Shown here: one piece after another, positions 17,914-27,365 of the stretch
How positions within the stretch are numbered: the first letter of the stretch is position 1
How the letters are laid out: every line of letters starts with the position of its first letter
NCBI GenBank assembly: GCA_038103905.1
Contig: JAYNZW010000007.1
Span: 5,777-69,776 of the forward strand
DNA length: 64,000 bases
Source of the DNA: Pelagibacteraceae bacterium
Lineage (GTDB): Bacteria > Pseudomonadota > Alphaproteobacteria > Pelagibacterales > AG-422-B15
Direction: 5' to 3'
The notes under the pieces: generated by a model
Told to the model about the DNA's origin: nothing
What the model saw: the letters and a program-made list of their open reading frames with translations, nothing else
The model's database searches: none
Program-made: the position numbers and the translations under genes

Positions 17914-18867
17914 TTAGTTTTCAATTTTAACCTCGTATCCATCTCTTCTTTTAGTGTCATCAACTAGTTCTGACGGAAAACCCTCAGCTCTTAGATCTGT
18001 GTGGCAGGCATCCTCCAATCTTTTAACTATCATCGATGACCATGCTCTGTCTCCATACTTGTCACGTCCCTTTTTAAAAATTTCAGTTATCAAAGGAGAT
18101 ATTTCAGTAGGAATATCCATTGATTTAGCGAGGTCGTCAAATAAACCAACATCTTTACAAACTAAGTCCATTGTGAAATTTATATTATAGCTCCCATTCA
18201 TGATTACTTGACTCTCAGTTTCATGAACAAATGAATTTCCTGAACTAATCTTTATTCCTTCAAAGGCTTTATTTAAATCGATTCCAGCTTTTTTACAAAC
18301 CATCAGACCTTCTCCTAAAGCTGCAAGATGAGTTGAAGCTAAGTAATTTGTAACTACTTTTAAAACTGAAGCCTTGCCTAACTCTCCAACATGAAGAATC
18401 TGATATCCCATTGCAGACAATGCTGGAAAAGCTTTATCAAAGGCAATTCGTGAACCGCCAACTAAGATTGCAATATTGCCAGTTGCGGCTCTATGACAAC
18501 CACCCGAAACAGGGGCTTCACAACAATGAATTCCTTTCTCCTCCATTAATTTTCCAAGGCGTAACATCTCACGACTATCTGTTGTACTCATCTCAATCCA
18601 AACCTTACCGGCTGAAGCGCCATGAATTAATCCATTGCTTCCCTCTACAACATTAGCAACGGCTTCAGGGCTTGGTAAGCAAGTAATTGCAATATCAGTT
18701 AGGGAAGCAAGTTCTTTGGGTGAGTCAGCCCATTGAGCTTTAGATTGTATTAAATCTTCAGCATTCGTTTTTTCAAGATCATAAACATATAAATGGTGTC
18801 CAGCTGCTATCAAGCTGTTGGCCAGCTTAAAACCAACGTTACCTAATCCTATAAACCCTATTTTCAT
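17914..18867 (-). CDS. NAD(P)-dependent beta-hydroxyacid dehydrogenase (3-hydroxyisobutyrate/tartronate-semialdehyde reductase family)
   Basis: 317 aa. N-terminal MKIGFIGLGNVG Rossmann motif and family-typical central and C-terminal domains. Confidence 0.85.
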   Translation of the reverse strand: MKIGFIGLGNVGFKLANSLIAAGHHLYVYDLEKTNAEDLIQSKAQWADSPKELASLTDIAITCLPSPEAVANVVEGSNGLIHGASAGKVWIEMSTTDSREMLRLGKLMEEKGIHCCEAPVSGGCHRAATGNIAILVGGSRIAFDKAFPALSAMGYQILHVGELGKASVLKVVTNYLASTHLAALGEGLMVCKKAGIDLNKAFEGIKISSGNSFVHETESQVIMNGSYNINFTMDLVCKDVGLFDDLAKSMDIPTEISPLITEIFKKGRDKYGDRAWSSMIVKRLEDACHTDLRAEGFPSELVDDTKRRDGYEVKIEN

Positions 18868-18887
18868 ACAACCCTATCCTTTCAATC

Positions 18888-19796
18888 TTAAAGTGTTGGA
18901 GGAACTGGTTTTTGACGTGTTCCAATTGCATGAAATGCAATTGAGAAAACAATAATTAATCCACCAATCAATGTATAAATGGCTGGTACCTCATTTACAC
19001 CAAAAAGAGGAATCCAACACCAAATTACACCCCCAACAACTTCTGTTAATGATAGCAACATGAATTCTGCTGCTGGCAAATACTTTGATCCAATACTCAA
19101 GAGTATTAATCCAGATGCTACAAAAGAACCATGCAAAATACTAAGAAGAATATTTCTAGCAGGCATAGTAAGATCTTCTGAAAAGATTAATATCATTATG
19201 ACAGAAAATAAAGCACAGGTTACGCCTGATATCATGATAGTAGTGAACTTAGGTGTGTCAGGCTGCCATCTTAAAGTCACAGCAAAAGTTGCGAATGAAA
19301 TAGAGCAAAATAATCCAAAGATCCATCCTAAAAAAGTTCCTGACTGCCAGTCGCTATAAGCCATAACAAACATACCCCCAAGTGAAATCAAGCATGCAAT
19401 TAAAGTAGCGGCCCTTACATATTCTCTCAAAAAAATATAAGCAAAGAGACCTGCAAATAATGGTTGAGTACCAATCATAAATAATGTTGTAGCTGCTGAT
19501 GTATAAGTCATTCCAAAAATAAAAAAAATAAAAGCAAATGCTAATGCAACACCGCCAAGTAAGCCTGAAAGACCAACTCTTTTAAAATTATGTCTGAATG
19601 CAAATCCTTCTTTGTATAGTAAAAAAATTAATAAAATTATCGCAACAGTTAGGCCTCTGCAAAATAAATAATGCCATTGATAGATTTGAGCATCAACCAT
19701 ATGTCTTACAGTTGGAGCCCCAAAACTCCAAATCAATCCTGCCGATAGAGCAAGTATAAATCCTAAAAAATATTTTTTATTGTAATCGGAACTCAT
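18888..19796 (-). CDS. EamA/DMT-family transporter
   Basis: About ten predicted TM helices with a duplicated EamA pattern. The start is set at the Met at 19796 (MSSDYNKKYF), which avoids overlap with the divergent gene. Confidence 0.8.
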   Translation of the reverse strand: MSSDYNKKYFLGFILALSAGLIWSFGAPTVRHMVDAQIYQWHYLFCRGLTVAIILLIFLLYKEGFAFRHNFKRVGLSGLLGGVALAFAFIFFIFGMTYTSAATTLFMIGTQPLFAGLFAYIFLREYVRAATLIACLISLGGMFVMAYSDWQSGTFLGWIFGLFCSISFATFAVTLRWQPDTPKFTTIMISGVTCALFSVIMILIFSEDLTMPARNILLSILHGSFVASGLILLSIGSKYLPAAEFMLLSLTEVVGGVIWCWIPLFGVNEVPAIYTLIGGLIIVFSIAFHAIGTRQKPVPPTL

Positions 19797-19842
19797 ATAG
19801 CTTGAAAAAGAATATATAAAAAAACAACTTATTACACTATAA

Positions 19843-20976
19843 ATGATACACATGATTGAACGTGAAATCAGAGGGTTTTGTCACAATAACTTTCAAAAAG
19901 TTGCTGAAGTATTTTCTACAAATTTAAATAGTGATGAAGAGGTTGGCGCTTCATTTACTGTAATTCAAAATAGTGAAATATTGGTAGATATTCACGGTGG
20001 ATTTAAGGACAAGGAAGAAACTGACCCTTGGAATGCGGACACATTAGTAGGAGTTCACTCAACAGGAAAAGGTATAGTCTCTATGATTATAGCTCTATTA
20101 ATTGATCAAAACATACTAAGCCTGGATGAAAATGTATCGACTTATTGGCCAGAGTTTAAAGGAGACGGTAAAGAAGAAATTACTGTTAGAACTCTTTTAT
20201 CTCATCAGGCTGGAATGTACGCTTGGAGGGAAAAAGTTCATGAAGATGATTTTCTTAATTGGGAATACATTGTTGAACTTCTTGAAAAGCAATGTCCATT
20301 TCATAAACCGCATGAACTGATTTGCTATCATCCAAAAACAATAGGATTTCTAGTTGGAGAACTTGTAAGAAAAGTTACTAAGAAATCAGTGGGAGAATTT
20401 CTTAAAGAAAAATTATCTACTCCATTGAATGCTCATTGTTTCATTGGAACTCCTGAAATCTACCATAGCAATATAGCTACATTGATAAGTGCTCCAAGCT
20501 TGAGGAAAGCTTTTAGTGATCCAAAAAATATTGACGAATATACTCTCGTTTCATTCCTCAATCCTGGAAATAGAACCAAAACAGCAAATACAAAAGAATA
20601 TCGCCTTGCTGAAATACCAGCTCTCAATTGTCATAGCAATTCACGATCTCTTGCTCAAATTTATGATTATTTTCTCAATAGTAATTTTATTAGTAAAGAA
20701 ACATTCAATAAAGTTACATCAATAGAAGTAAAAGGAGAAGATCAAGTGATGAAAAGACCCATGCAGTGGAGTCCAGTTGGCTTTAGCATTGGTGGAGGTA
20801 AATTATTCGGTAAAAGTAGCCAATCATTTGGACACACAGGATGGGGAGGCTCAATGGCATTTGCAGATCCCGAAAATAACCTTAGCATATCCTATACAAT
20901 GAATATGCTTACAGGGTCTATGCTTGGTGACCAGAGAGCATTAAACTTAGTAGAGGCTACTTATAAAAACTTATGA
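19843..20976 (+). CDS. Serine hydrolase, beta-lactamase/EstB (class C-like) family
   Basis: 377 aa with an S-x-x-K motif (HSTGKG). TGA/ATG overlap with the downstream symporter gene. Confidence 0.8.
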   Translation: MIHMIEREIRGFCHNNFQKVAEVFSTNLNSDEEVGASFTVIQNSEILVDIHGGFKDKEETDPWNADTLVGVHSTGKGIVSMIIALLIDQNILSLDENVSTYWPEFKGDGKEEITVRTLLSHQAGMYAWREKVHEDDFLNWEYIVELLEKQCPFHKPHELICYHPKTIGFLVGELVRKVTKKSVGEFLKEKLSTPLNAHCFIGTPEIYHSNIATLISAPSLRKAFSDPKNIDEYTLVSFLNPGNRTKTANTKEYRLAEIPALNCHSNSRSLAQIYDYFLNSNFISKETFNKVTSIEVKGEDQVMKRPMQWSPVGFSIGGGKLFGKSSQSFGHTGWGGSMAFADPENNLSISYTMNMLTGSMLGDQRALNLVEATYKNL

Positions 20977-22298
20977 AATTAAGCTTTAGATCAAAATTCT
21001 TTTATGGTGGTGGAGACTTTGCCATCAATATCATGTGGCAGTTGACTGTTTTTTACTTACTATTTTTTTATACAGATATTTTTGGTCTATCCCCTGCGAA
21101 TGCTGGATTAGTATTTTTTATTGCAAAAATTTGGGACGCAATAACAGATCCAATTATGGGTTATATTGCTGACAATACCTCTACAAGGTGGGGGAAGTTT
21201 AGACCATATATACTATTTGGATCAGTGCCTGCACTGATTATGATTATTTTATGCTTTACATCACCTGACCTGTCTCAATCAGGAAAATTTTACTGGGCTC
21301 TTTTTACATATATAACATTTACAACTTTATACACAGTGATAGCTATTCCAGTTGGCTCATTAATCCCTGCAATGACCCAAGATCGGGATGAAAGAACTTC
21401 ACTTGCATCTTTTCGATTCTTAGGTGCAAGCTCGGGATCTATTGCAGTTGCAGTTTTAACTTTGCCACTCATAGGATTGTTTAGTAGTCCACAATATGGC
21501 TTTCCAATTGTAATTGCTTGCCTTGCTTTTTTTGGAGCAATTTTTGCATTCCTTTGTTTTTATAATACAAAAGAAATTTACTCTAAGCCTTACGAAAAAA
21601 ATATTGGATTTAAAGAAATCATTAAAATGATTTTTACAAATTTTCCATTACATTTTGTAATATTAGCATTACTCACAACTTGGGTGGCAAATAACACAAA
21701 GCAACTGACAACAATTTACTTTGTTAAATATAATTTAAATTTAGAGGCATATTTCAGTCCAATCTTACTAGGTGTAATTCTTCAAATTATGTTTGGTGCC
21801 TACTTAACTAATTTAATAAAGCATAGATTTGAGAAAAAATCATTATTCATGATTGGCACATTTCTTTATGTAATAACAGATTTAATAGTTTATTTTATAA
21901 CTGGTTATGAAAATTTTTGGCTCTTAGCATTTGTTACTAGCTTTGGTTTTGTTGGCTTTGGAATGGCAGGGGTAATGGCCTGGTCTATGATTGCTGATAC
22001 AGTTGAATATGGAGAGTGGAAATCTGGATTTCGTGCAGAAGGACTACTTAATGCGGCACATGTGTTTGTATTTAAGTTAAGTGTTGGGGTTAGTGCTTGG
22101 CTAGCTGGTTTTGTATTAGAAACTACGAATTATGTTGCAAATGCTCCAATACAAAATCAAGAAACTCTAGAAGGACTTACTATAATGGGTTTTATTTTCC
22201 CCGCGATAGCAGGATCAATAGCCATAATCATCACTTATTTTAACAAGTATGATAGCACTTTTTATGAAAAAATATTTACTGATCTCAAACAAAGATAA
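20973..22298 (+). CDS. Glycoside-pentoside-hexuronide (GPH):cation symporter, MelB family
   Basis: 441 aa with 12 TM helices. GPH signature DAITDPIMGYIADNTSTRWGKFRPYILFG. Confidence 0.85.
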   Translation: MKLSFRSKFFYGGGDFAINIMWQLTVFYLLFFYTDIFGLSPANAGLVFFIAKIWDAITDPIMGYIADNTSTRWGKFRPYILFGSVPALIMIILCFTSPDLSQSGKFYWALFTYITFTTLYTVIAIPVGSLIPAMTQDRDERTSLASFRFLGASSGSIAVAVLTLPLIGLFSSPQYGFPIVIACLAFFGAIFAFLCFYNTKEIYSKPYEKNIGFKEIIKMIFTNFPLHFVILALLTTWVANNTKQLTTIYFVKYNLNLEAYFSPILLGVILQIMFGAYLTNLIKHRFEKKSLFMIGTFLYVITDLIVYFITGYENFWLLAFVTSFGFVGFGMAGVMAWSMIADTVEYGEWKSGFRAEGLLNAAHVFVFKLSVGVSAWLAGFVLETTNYVANAPIQNQETLEGLTIMGFIFPAIAGSIAIIITYFNKYDSTFYEKIFTDLKQR

Positions 22299-22306
22299 TC
22301 TTTTAA

Positions 22307-23341
22307 ATGAATAATTTTTCTGATGGCGAAGCATTTGGTAGGGTAAACCTTATTGGTGAACATCTTGATTATAATAAGGGATGCGTGATTCCTCTTCAAA
22401 TCAATAAATCAGTGAAAGTATCCCTAATGAAAGATGATACAATTGAAGGAATAAAAATTAAGTCTGAAAATTTTGATCATGAAATTGTAACAAACGTATT
22501 AAATAAGAAGTTGAGTAATTGGGCAGATTTTATCATAGGATCATTATATTTATTTGGTAAAAAATATAATTTAAAAATTGAACAATTATATATTGAAGTC
22601 AAAAGTAATCTTCCAATTGGTGTTGGTGTTTCATCTTCAGCGGCAGTAACTGTTTCTACATTAAGGGCATTATACGATTTCTTTGATAAAAATATTAAAA
22701 ATAGTGAATTGGTTAAACTAGCTCATTCAGTTGAAAGAGATTTTGTTGGAGTTGCTGGAGGGGTTATGGATCAATTTGCTTCAATATATGGTTCTCAAGA
22801 TCAGGCTTTATTTCTTGATACAAAAACAAACAATTACAATCTCATTAAACTTTCTGATGAGTACGTTTTTTTTATAATTGATAGCGGAAGGCAAAGAATA
22901 CTTACTGATGGCAGTTTAAATAAAAAGAAAAAAATCTGCAAAAAAATTTCTACTAAATTAAATGTTGAATACCTCTGTGAGTTAGAAGAATTAAATGAAG
23001 ATCATAAGAAAAAATTAACTGATGAAGAGCTTGATATAGCAAGGCATGTTATTTATGAAAACCAAAGATCTATATTGGGTAAAAAAGCACTTATAGAAAA
23101 TAACTTAAAAAAATTTGGTAGCCTGATGACACAAAGTCATATTTCTCTCAGAGATTTATATAAAGTTTCAACCAATGAATTAGATTTATTAGTTGAATTG
23201 TGTAATTCTTTTGGTTCTCTTGGATCTAAATTAACTGGAGCTGGATTTGGTGGAGCTATAGTAACCTTAGTAAAAAAAGAATTAGTAGAGGATTTAAAAA
23301 TGTTTATTGTAGAAAATTATTCAAATGCTAAATTCTTATAA
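22307..23341 (+). CDS. galK: Galactokinase-like GHMP sugar kinase
   Basis: 344 aa. GalK signature GRVNLIGEHLDYNKGCVIP and GHMP ATP motif PIGVGVSSSAAV. It is shorter than typical GalK. Confidence 0.72.
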   Translation: MNNFSDGEAFGRVNLIGEHLDYNKGCVIPLQINKSVKVSLMKDDTIEGIKIKSENFDHEIVTNVLNKKLSNWADFIIGSLYLFGKKYNLKIEQLYIEVKSNLPIGVGVSSSAAVTVSTLRALYDFFDKNIKNSELVKLAHSVERDFVGVAGGVMDQFASIYGSQDQALFLDTKTNNYNLIKLSDEYVFFIIDSGRQRILTDGSLNKKKKICKKISTKLNVEYLCELEELNEDHKKKLTDEELDIARHVIYENQRSILGKKALIENNLKKFGSLMTQSHISLRDLYKVSTNELDLLVELCNSFGSLGSKLTGAGFGGAIVTLVKKELVEDLKMFIVENYSNAKFL

Positions 23342-24583
23342 ATGAAACTAAGCTTACCAAATAATTTCTTATGGGGCACTGCCACTGCAGCGCACCAAGT
23401 TGAAGGCAATAATAAAAATTCTGACTTTTGGTATCTAGAAAACTTTAAAAATACCTCATTTGCTGAGCCATCAGGAATAGCATGTGATCAGTGGAATCGT
23501 TATGAAGAAGATATTAAAATCATGGTTGATCACTCTATACAATCATATCGAATGTCATTGGAGTGGGCAAAAATAGAACCTGAAGAAGGAGTCTTCTCCA
23601 ATGATGCAATTGATCATTATCGAAAAGTTCTTGAGTGTTGCAAAAAAAATAATTTAAAAACTTGTGTAACTTACCAGCACTTTACTTCTCCATTATGGTT
23701 TACTGCAAAAGGTGGATGGGAAAAAAGTAGTAATGTTAAACATTTTATAAATTATGCTGAAAAAGTTACAACAGAGCTTGGTGATTTAATTGATATAGTA
23801 TGCACTATTAATGAAGCAAACCTTACTGCATGCTTCGCTCATAGTTTTCCAAGCTACCCAGAAGAAGGAATGAAAAATATCATGCCATTCATAAAAGAAG
23901 CAGCAGAAGAGTGTGGATCAACTCTTGAAAATTTTGGACCTTTTCTATTTGGTCATCCATTTAAAATTCGTGACTGTATGATGGAAGCACATGTAAAATC
24001 TGTGCCAGTTATAAAAAGTATTTTAAAACATAATCAACCAGTGGGCGTAACTTTATCGATAATGGATTACCAAGCCGCTGAAGGTGGGGAACAAATGCGA
24101 GATAAAGCAAACGCTGAGTCAGTTGATTGTTGTCTTGATCAAGTTATTAACGATGATTTTGTAGGTGTTCAAATGTATACACGGCATACGTATGGACCTG
24201 ACGGTATCATAAAACCAAAGGCGGATGATCCAAATATGCTTGTAATGGGATATGAGTATTATCCTGAATCCTTAGAAAACGTCGTTAGATATGTTTCATC
24301 AAGAATTAAGACACCAATTATGATTACTGAAAATGGAATTGGAACTGATGATGATAATCAAAGAATAGAGTATCTCACTACAGCATTACAAGGACTACAA
24401 AATTGCATTGATGACGGTATTGATATTAGAGGATATTTTTGCTGGTCACTACTAGATAACTTTGAATGGCTTTTTGGTTATAAACCAAGATTTGGACTAG
24501 TAGAAGTAAACAGAGATACTCTAGAAAGAACAGCAAAAAAAAGTTTTAAATTTTTTAAAGATATAATTGATCGATCTTCTTAA
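23342..24583 (+). CDS. Glycoside hydrolase family 1 (beta-glucosidase/beta-galactosidase)
   Basis: 413 aa. FLWGTATAAHQVEG N-terminal signature, acid/base region TINEAN and nucleophile ITENG. The ATG directly abuts the kinase stop. Confidence 0.85.
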   Translation: MKLSLPNNFLWGTATAAHQVEGNNKNSDFWYLENFKNTSFAEPSGIACDQWNRYEEDIKIMVDHSIQSYRMSLEWAKIEPEEGVFSNDAIDHYRKVLECCKKNNLKTCVTYQHFTSPLWFTAKGGWEKSSNVKHFINYAEKVTTELGDLIDIVCTINEANLTACFAHSFPSYPEEGMKNIMPFIKEAAEECGSTLENFGPFLFGHPFKIRDCMMEAHVKSVPVIKSILKHNQPVGVTLSIMDYQAAEGGEQMRDKANAESVDCCLDQVINDDFVGVQMYTRHTYGPDGIIKPKADDPNMLVMGYEYYPESLENVVRYVSSRIKTPIMITENGIGTDDDNQRIEYLTTALQGLQNCIDDGIDIRGYFCWSLLDNFEWLFGYKPRFGLVEVNRDTLERTAKKSFKFFKDIIDRSS

Positions 24584-25018
24584 TTAAATTTGTTCATAAG
24601 CAGACATCGATAAAATACATCCTGCAATCAACCAATCATTATTTTCTTGCTTTTCCATCATGTACGTTGCCGTTACAAAGTTTCCGTCTGGATCAACAAG
24701 AAATACATTGAGTGCTGGACTATTTCTATAAGTTATAATATCACCGAAAGTTATTTTTTTTGGTCTATAAACTGCAGAGTATTGGTTAATTACCATCTGC
24801 TTAAAATTATCAGGGGAGAGAAAGATTTTTTTTATTGAAGGAGCCGCGTATGTATAAGCTTTCTCAAAATCATCTTGAGCAAATGCATCTAGCTGGCTTT
24901 TCACTGTTGATTTGATAGCTGCAACATCAAAGTCAGACAGTTCAGATGATAATGCCTGACTTTGAAAAACTGAAAATATTATAAATAATGTAGAGAAAAA
25001 AAATCTTATTCTAATCAT
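24584..25018 (-). CDS. Secreted hypothetical protein (DUF4864/NTF2-like, recalled similarity)
   Basis: 144 aa with an N-terminal signal peptide. Zero-nt gap to the upstream thiolase gene. The domain assignment is from memory only. Confidence 0.6.
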   Translation of the reverse strand: MIRIRFFFSTLFIIFSVFQSQALSSELSDFDVAAIKSTVKSQLDAFAQDDFEKAYTYAAPSIKKIFLSPDNFKQMVINQYSAVYRPKKITFGDIITYRNSPALNVFLVDPDGNFVTATYMMEKQENNDWLIAGCILSMSAYEQI

Positions 25019-26200
25019 CTACAGGATTTCAAATAGACCAGCAACTCCCATTCCACCTCCAACACACATGGTGGCAACTCCATATTTTGCATTACGTCTT
25101 TTACCTTCTATTAAAAGATGTCCTGTCATTCTAGAGCCTGTCATTCCATATGGGTGCCCAATAGAAATTGATCCACCATTTACATTGAGTTTCTCATTAT
25201 CAATCCCTAACTTATCACGACAGTATAGAACCTGAACAGCGAAAGCTTCATTAAGCTCCCATAAATCAATGTCATCAACGGTTAGGTTATGTTGTTCTAA
25301 AAGTTTTGGAACAGCAAATACAGGCCCAATACCCATTTCATCTGGTTCACATGCTGCTACTGATAAACCTCTGAAGATACCCATTGGCTCAATATTTCTT
25401 TTTTCAGCTTCTTTTAAATCCATCAGAACACAAGATGAAGCGCCATCAGAAAGCTGACTTGCATTTCCAGCTGTAATATACTTATCTGGTCCCATTACTG
25501 GCTGAAGCCCTGCTAAACTTTCCATTGTGGTTTGTGGTCTATTACATTCATCTTTGTCTACTGTAACTTCTTGTTCAGAAACTTCTTTGGTTTCTTTATT
25601 CATCACATCCATCATTGTTTTCAAAGGTACAATCTCATCTTTAAACTTACCTTCAGTTTGTGCGGCGGCTGTTCTTTGTTGACTCTGTAAGGAGTATTCA
25701 TCTTGATATTCTCTACTGACTTTGTAACGATCAGCAACAACATCTGCAGTATTGATCATAGGCATCCATAAAGCAGGACACACTTTCTGAAGCTCAGGTT
25801 CTATTAGGTGTTTCATATTCATATTTTGCTGTGTCATGGAAATTGACTCAACCCCACCTCCAATCGCTACTTTGATTCCATCAACAATAATTCTTTGAGC
25901 AGCAACGGCAATTGATTGTAGTCCAGAAGAGCAAAAACGATTTATCGTCGTTCCTGGAACAGTTACAGGGCATCCGCCAGCAATAGCAACATTTCTTCCA
26001 ATGTTATGGCCTGTAGCTCCCTCTGGTTGACCACATCCAAATATTACATCTTCAACTTCACCGGATTCAATGCCTGCTCTTTCAATAGCGTGCTTGACAG
26101 TATGGCCACCCATAGTAATTCCATGTGTTTTGTTAAAACCACCTCTCATCGCTTTTGCAAGGCCTGTTCGTGCAGTTGATATAATAGCAGCTTCTCTCAT
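25019..26200 (-). CDS. Acetyl-CoA C-acyltransferase (3-ketoacyl-CoA thiolase)
   Basis: 393 aa. Active-site region NRFCSSGLQ and C-terminal GHPYGMTG...CVGGGMG. Confidence 0.9.
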   Translation of the reverse strand: MREAAIISTARTGLAKAMRGGFNKTHGITMGGHTVKHAIERAGIESGEVEDVIFGCGQPEGATGHNIGRNVAIAGGCPVTVPGTTINRFCSSGLQSIAVAAQRIIVDGIKVAIGGGVESISMTQQNMNMKHLIEPELQKVCPALWMPMINTADVVADRYKVSREYQDEYSLQSQQRTAAAQTEGKFKDEIVPLKTMMDVMNKETKEVSEQEVTVDKDECNRPQTTMESLAGLQPVMGPDKYITAGNASQLSDGASSCVLMDLKEAEKRNIEPMGIFRGLSVAACEPDEMGIGPVFAVPKLLEQHNLTVDDIDLWELNEAFAVQVLYCRDKLGIDNEKLNVNGGSISIGHPYGMTGSRMTGHLLIEGKRRNAKYGVATMCVGGGMGVAGLFEIL

Positions 26201-26343
26201 ATGATTTCCTTTTGATTTTTATATAATTAAACGTGTAACATAGCTATTTTAGAGCAAAAAAAAAGTCAAAAAATAAGGTAAAAATTAGCTTTTTTAAGTA
26301 AAAAATTATCCCAAAAACTGGCAGTAATTTAATTTATTTATTC

Positions 26344-26372
26344 TTGACCGAGCATCACTAGACAGGTAGTAA
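26344..26372 (+). promoter_or_regulatory. Candidate promoter for the thioesterase gene
   Basis: -35 TTGACC (26344-26349), 17-nt spacer, -10 TAGTAA (26367-26372), 28 nt upstream of the ATG. Motif match only. Confidence 0.35.
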
Positions 26373-26400
26373 TTGGCCACCTTAATCAAAGAGAATCGCT

Positions 26401-26838
26401 ATGGTAATGTTAAAAACAGAAACTTCTATTCCATCCTGGGTACCTGAAGGGTATAGAAAACTTGGCTGGCATGCTGGATTTGATGTTTTAATCGGCCCGA
26501 TGTATTACAAAAAAGATGAAGAAGGTAATTTTAAATTTATTACTAAAATCCTCGATAAACATTTGAATGCTAATGGAGTAGCTCATGGAGGATTTTCTAT
26601 GACACTAACTGATATTTTCTTTGGTACATTAGCTTTTGTTGCAAGTGGTAAAAAACTTACAAGCACTGTTTCTCTTAACTGTAATTTTGTAAGCCCTGGT
26701 CTTCAAGATGAAATAATTGAGTGCGACGCAAAAGTGACCCGTACAACGAGGTCTATGGTTTTTATTGATGGAAACCTCATTAGTAAAGATAAGGTCATTG
26801 TTTCAGCTTCTGGCATTTGGAAAATTTTGAATCAATAA
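26401..26838 (+). CDS. PaaI-family hotdog-fold thioesterase
   Basis: 145 aa with a NANGVAHGG motif region typical of PaaI/4HBT thioesterases. Confidence 0.75.
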   Translation: MVMLKTETSIPSWVPEGYRKLGWHAGFDVLIGPMYYKKDEEGNFKFITKILDKHLNANGVAHGGFSMTLTDIFFGTLAFVASGKKLTSTVSLNCNFVSPGLQDEIIECDAKVTRTTRSMVFIDGNLISKDKVIVSASGIWKILNQ

Positions 26839-27365
26839 TTTTTAAAAAACTCATTTAAAGATATATAAGTTTTCATATCTTTAAACTTTTTACCATCTAA
26901 CATCCTCTTAATTTCTCTAAATGATTTTATTGTCACTTCCAAGACTTCATCATCATCTAAATTTTGCTCACTGAACTCTACACAATCTGCTTGATAACAG
27001 AATATTTGACAAGAGTTATATGCCGGTGATGGATAATAACAGCCAAGTGATTTCCAATTTTTTCCTTTGTATCCTGTTTCTTCTATTAACTCTCTCTTTG
27101 CACAACTCAGAGGTTTTTCTCCTGGATCTATGGTACCAGCTGGAACCTCGAACATTAATTGATCAGAGCCATATCTATACTGTTTAAGTAAGACAATATT
27201 TTTTTTATCAACGACTGGAACAATTGATGCAACACCATTATGTTTTATATAATCTCTTATAAGTTTTTTATTGTTTATCCATATAACTTCATCTTTCCTG
27301 AACTCAAAAACATTAGCCTTAATATTTTTCTTTGTTTTAATGAATTTAGCTTTTTTTAACTTCAT
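26832..27365 (-). CDS. NUDIX hydrolase (ADP-ribose/sugar-nucleotide pyrophosphatase type)
   Basis: 177 aa with Nudix box GTIDPGEKPLSCAKRELIEETGY. Confidence 0.85.
   Translation of the reverse strand: MKLKKAKFIKTKKNIKANVFEFRKDEVIWINNKKLIRDYIKHNGVASIVPVVDKKNIVLLKQYRYGSDQLMFEVPAGTIDPGEKPLSCAKRELIEETGYKGKNWKSLGCYYPSPAYNSCQIFCYQADCVEFSEQNLDDDEVLEVTIKSFREIKRMLDGKKFKDMKTYISLNEFFKNY

Noticed and set aside
17904-17963. 5' extensions of ORF-track models that overlap upstream genes: 17904-17963, 19797-19853, 47985-48017, 54834-54851, 55507-55548 and 59780-59881.
   Set aside because: In each case an internal Met just after the neighbouring stop reproduces the conserved N-terminus of the family ([56 protein letters not shown]). 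The longer forms are longest-ORF artefacts, not programmed overlaps.
18979-19359. Long antisense or alternative-frame ORFs inside confident genes. Examples are 18979-19359 (126 aa), 34676-35044 (122 aa), 50146-50535 (129 aa), 12485-12829 (114 aa), 36610-36942 (110 aa), 16429-16731 (100 aa), plus the many 60-95 aa ORFs in the track.
   Set aside because: Each lies wholly within a gene that has strong family motifs on the other strand or frame. Their translations are low-complexity (F/L/I/K/S-rich mirrors of Lys/Asn/Glu-rich codons) with no recognisable motifs or ribosome-binding sites. They are typical shadow ORFs.
19843-20976. Beta-lactamase-family gene as an antibiotic-resistance determinant.
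   Set aside because: It has no signal peptide for periplasmic export, it belongs to the broad EstB/class C-like esterase group, and it is translationally coupled to a sugar symporter. A cytoplasmic esterase or amidase role is more likely.
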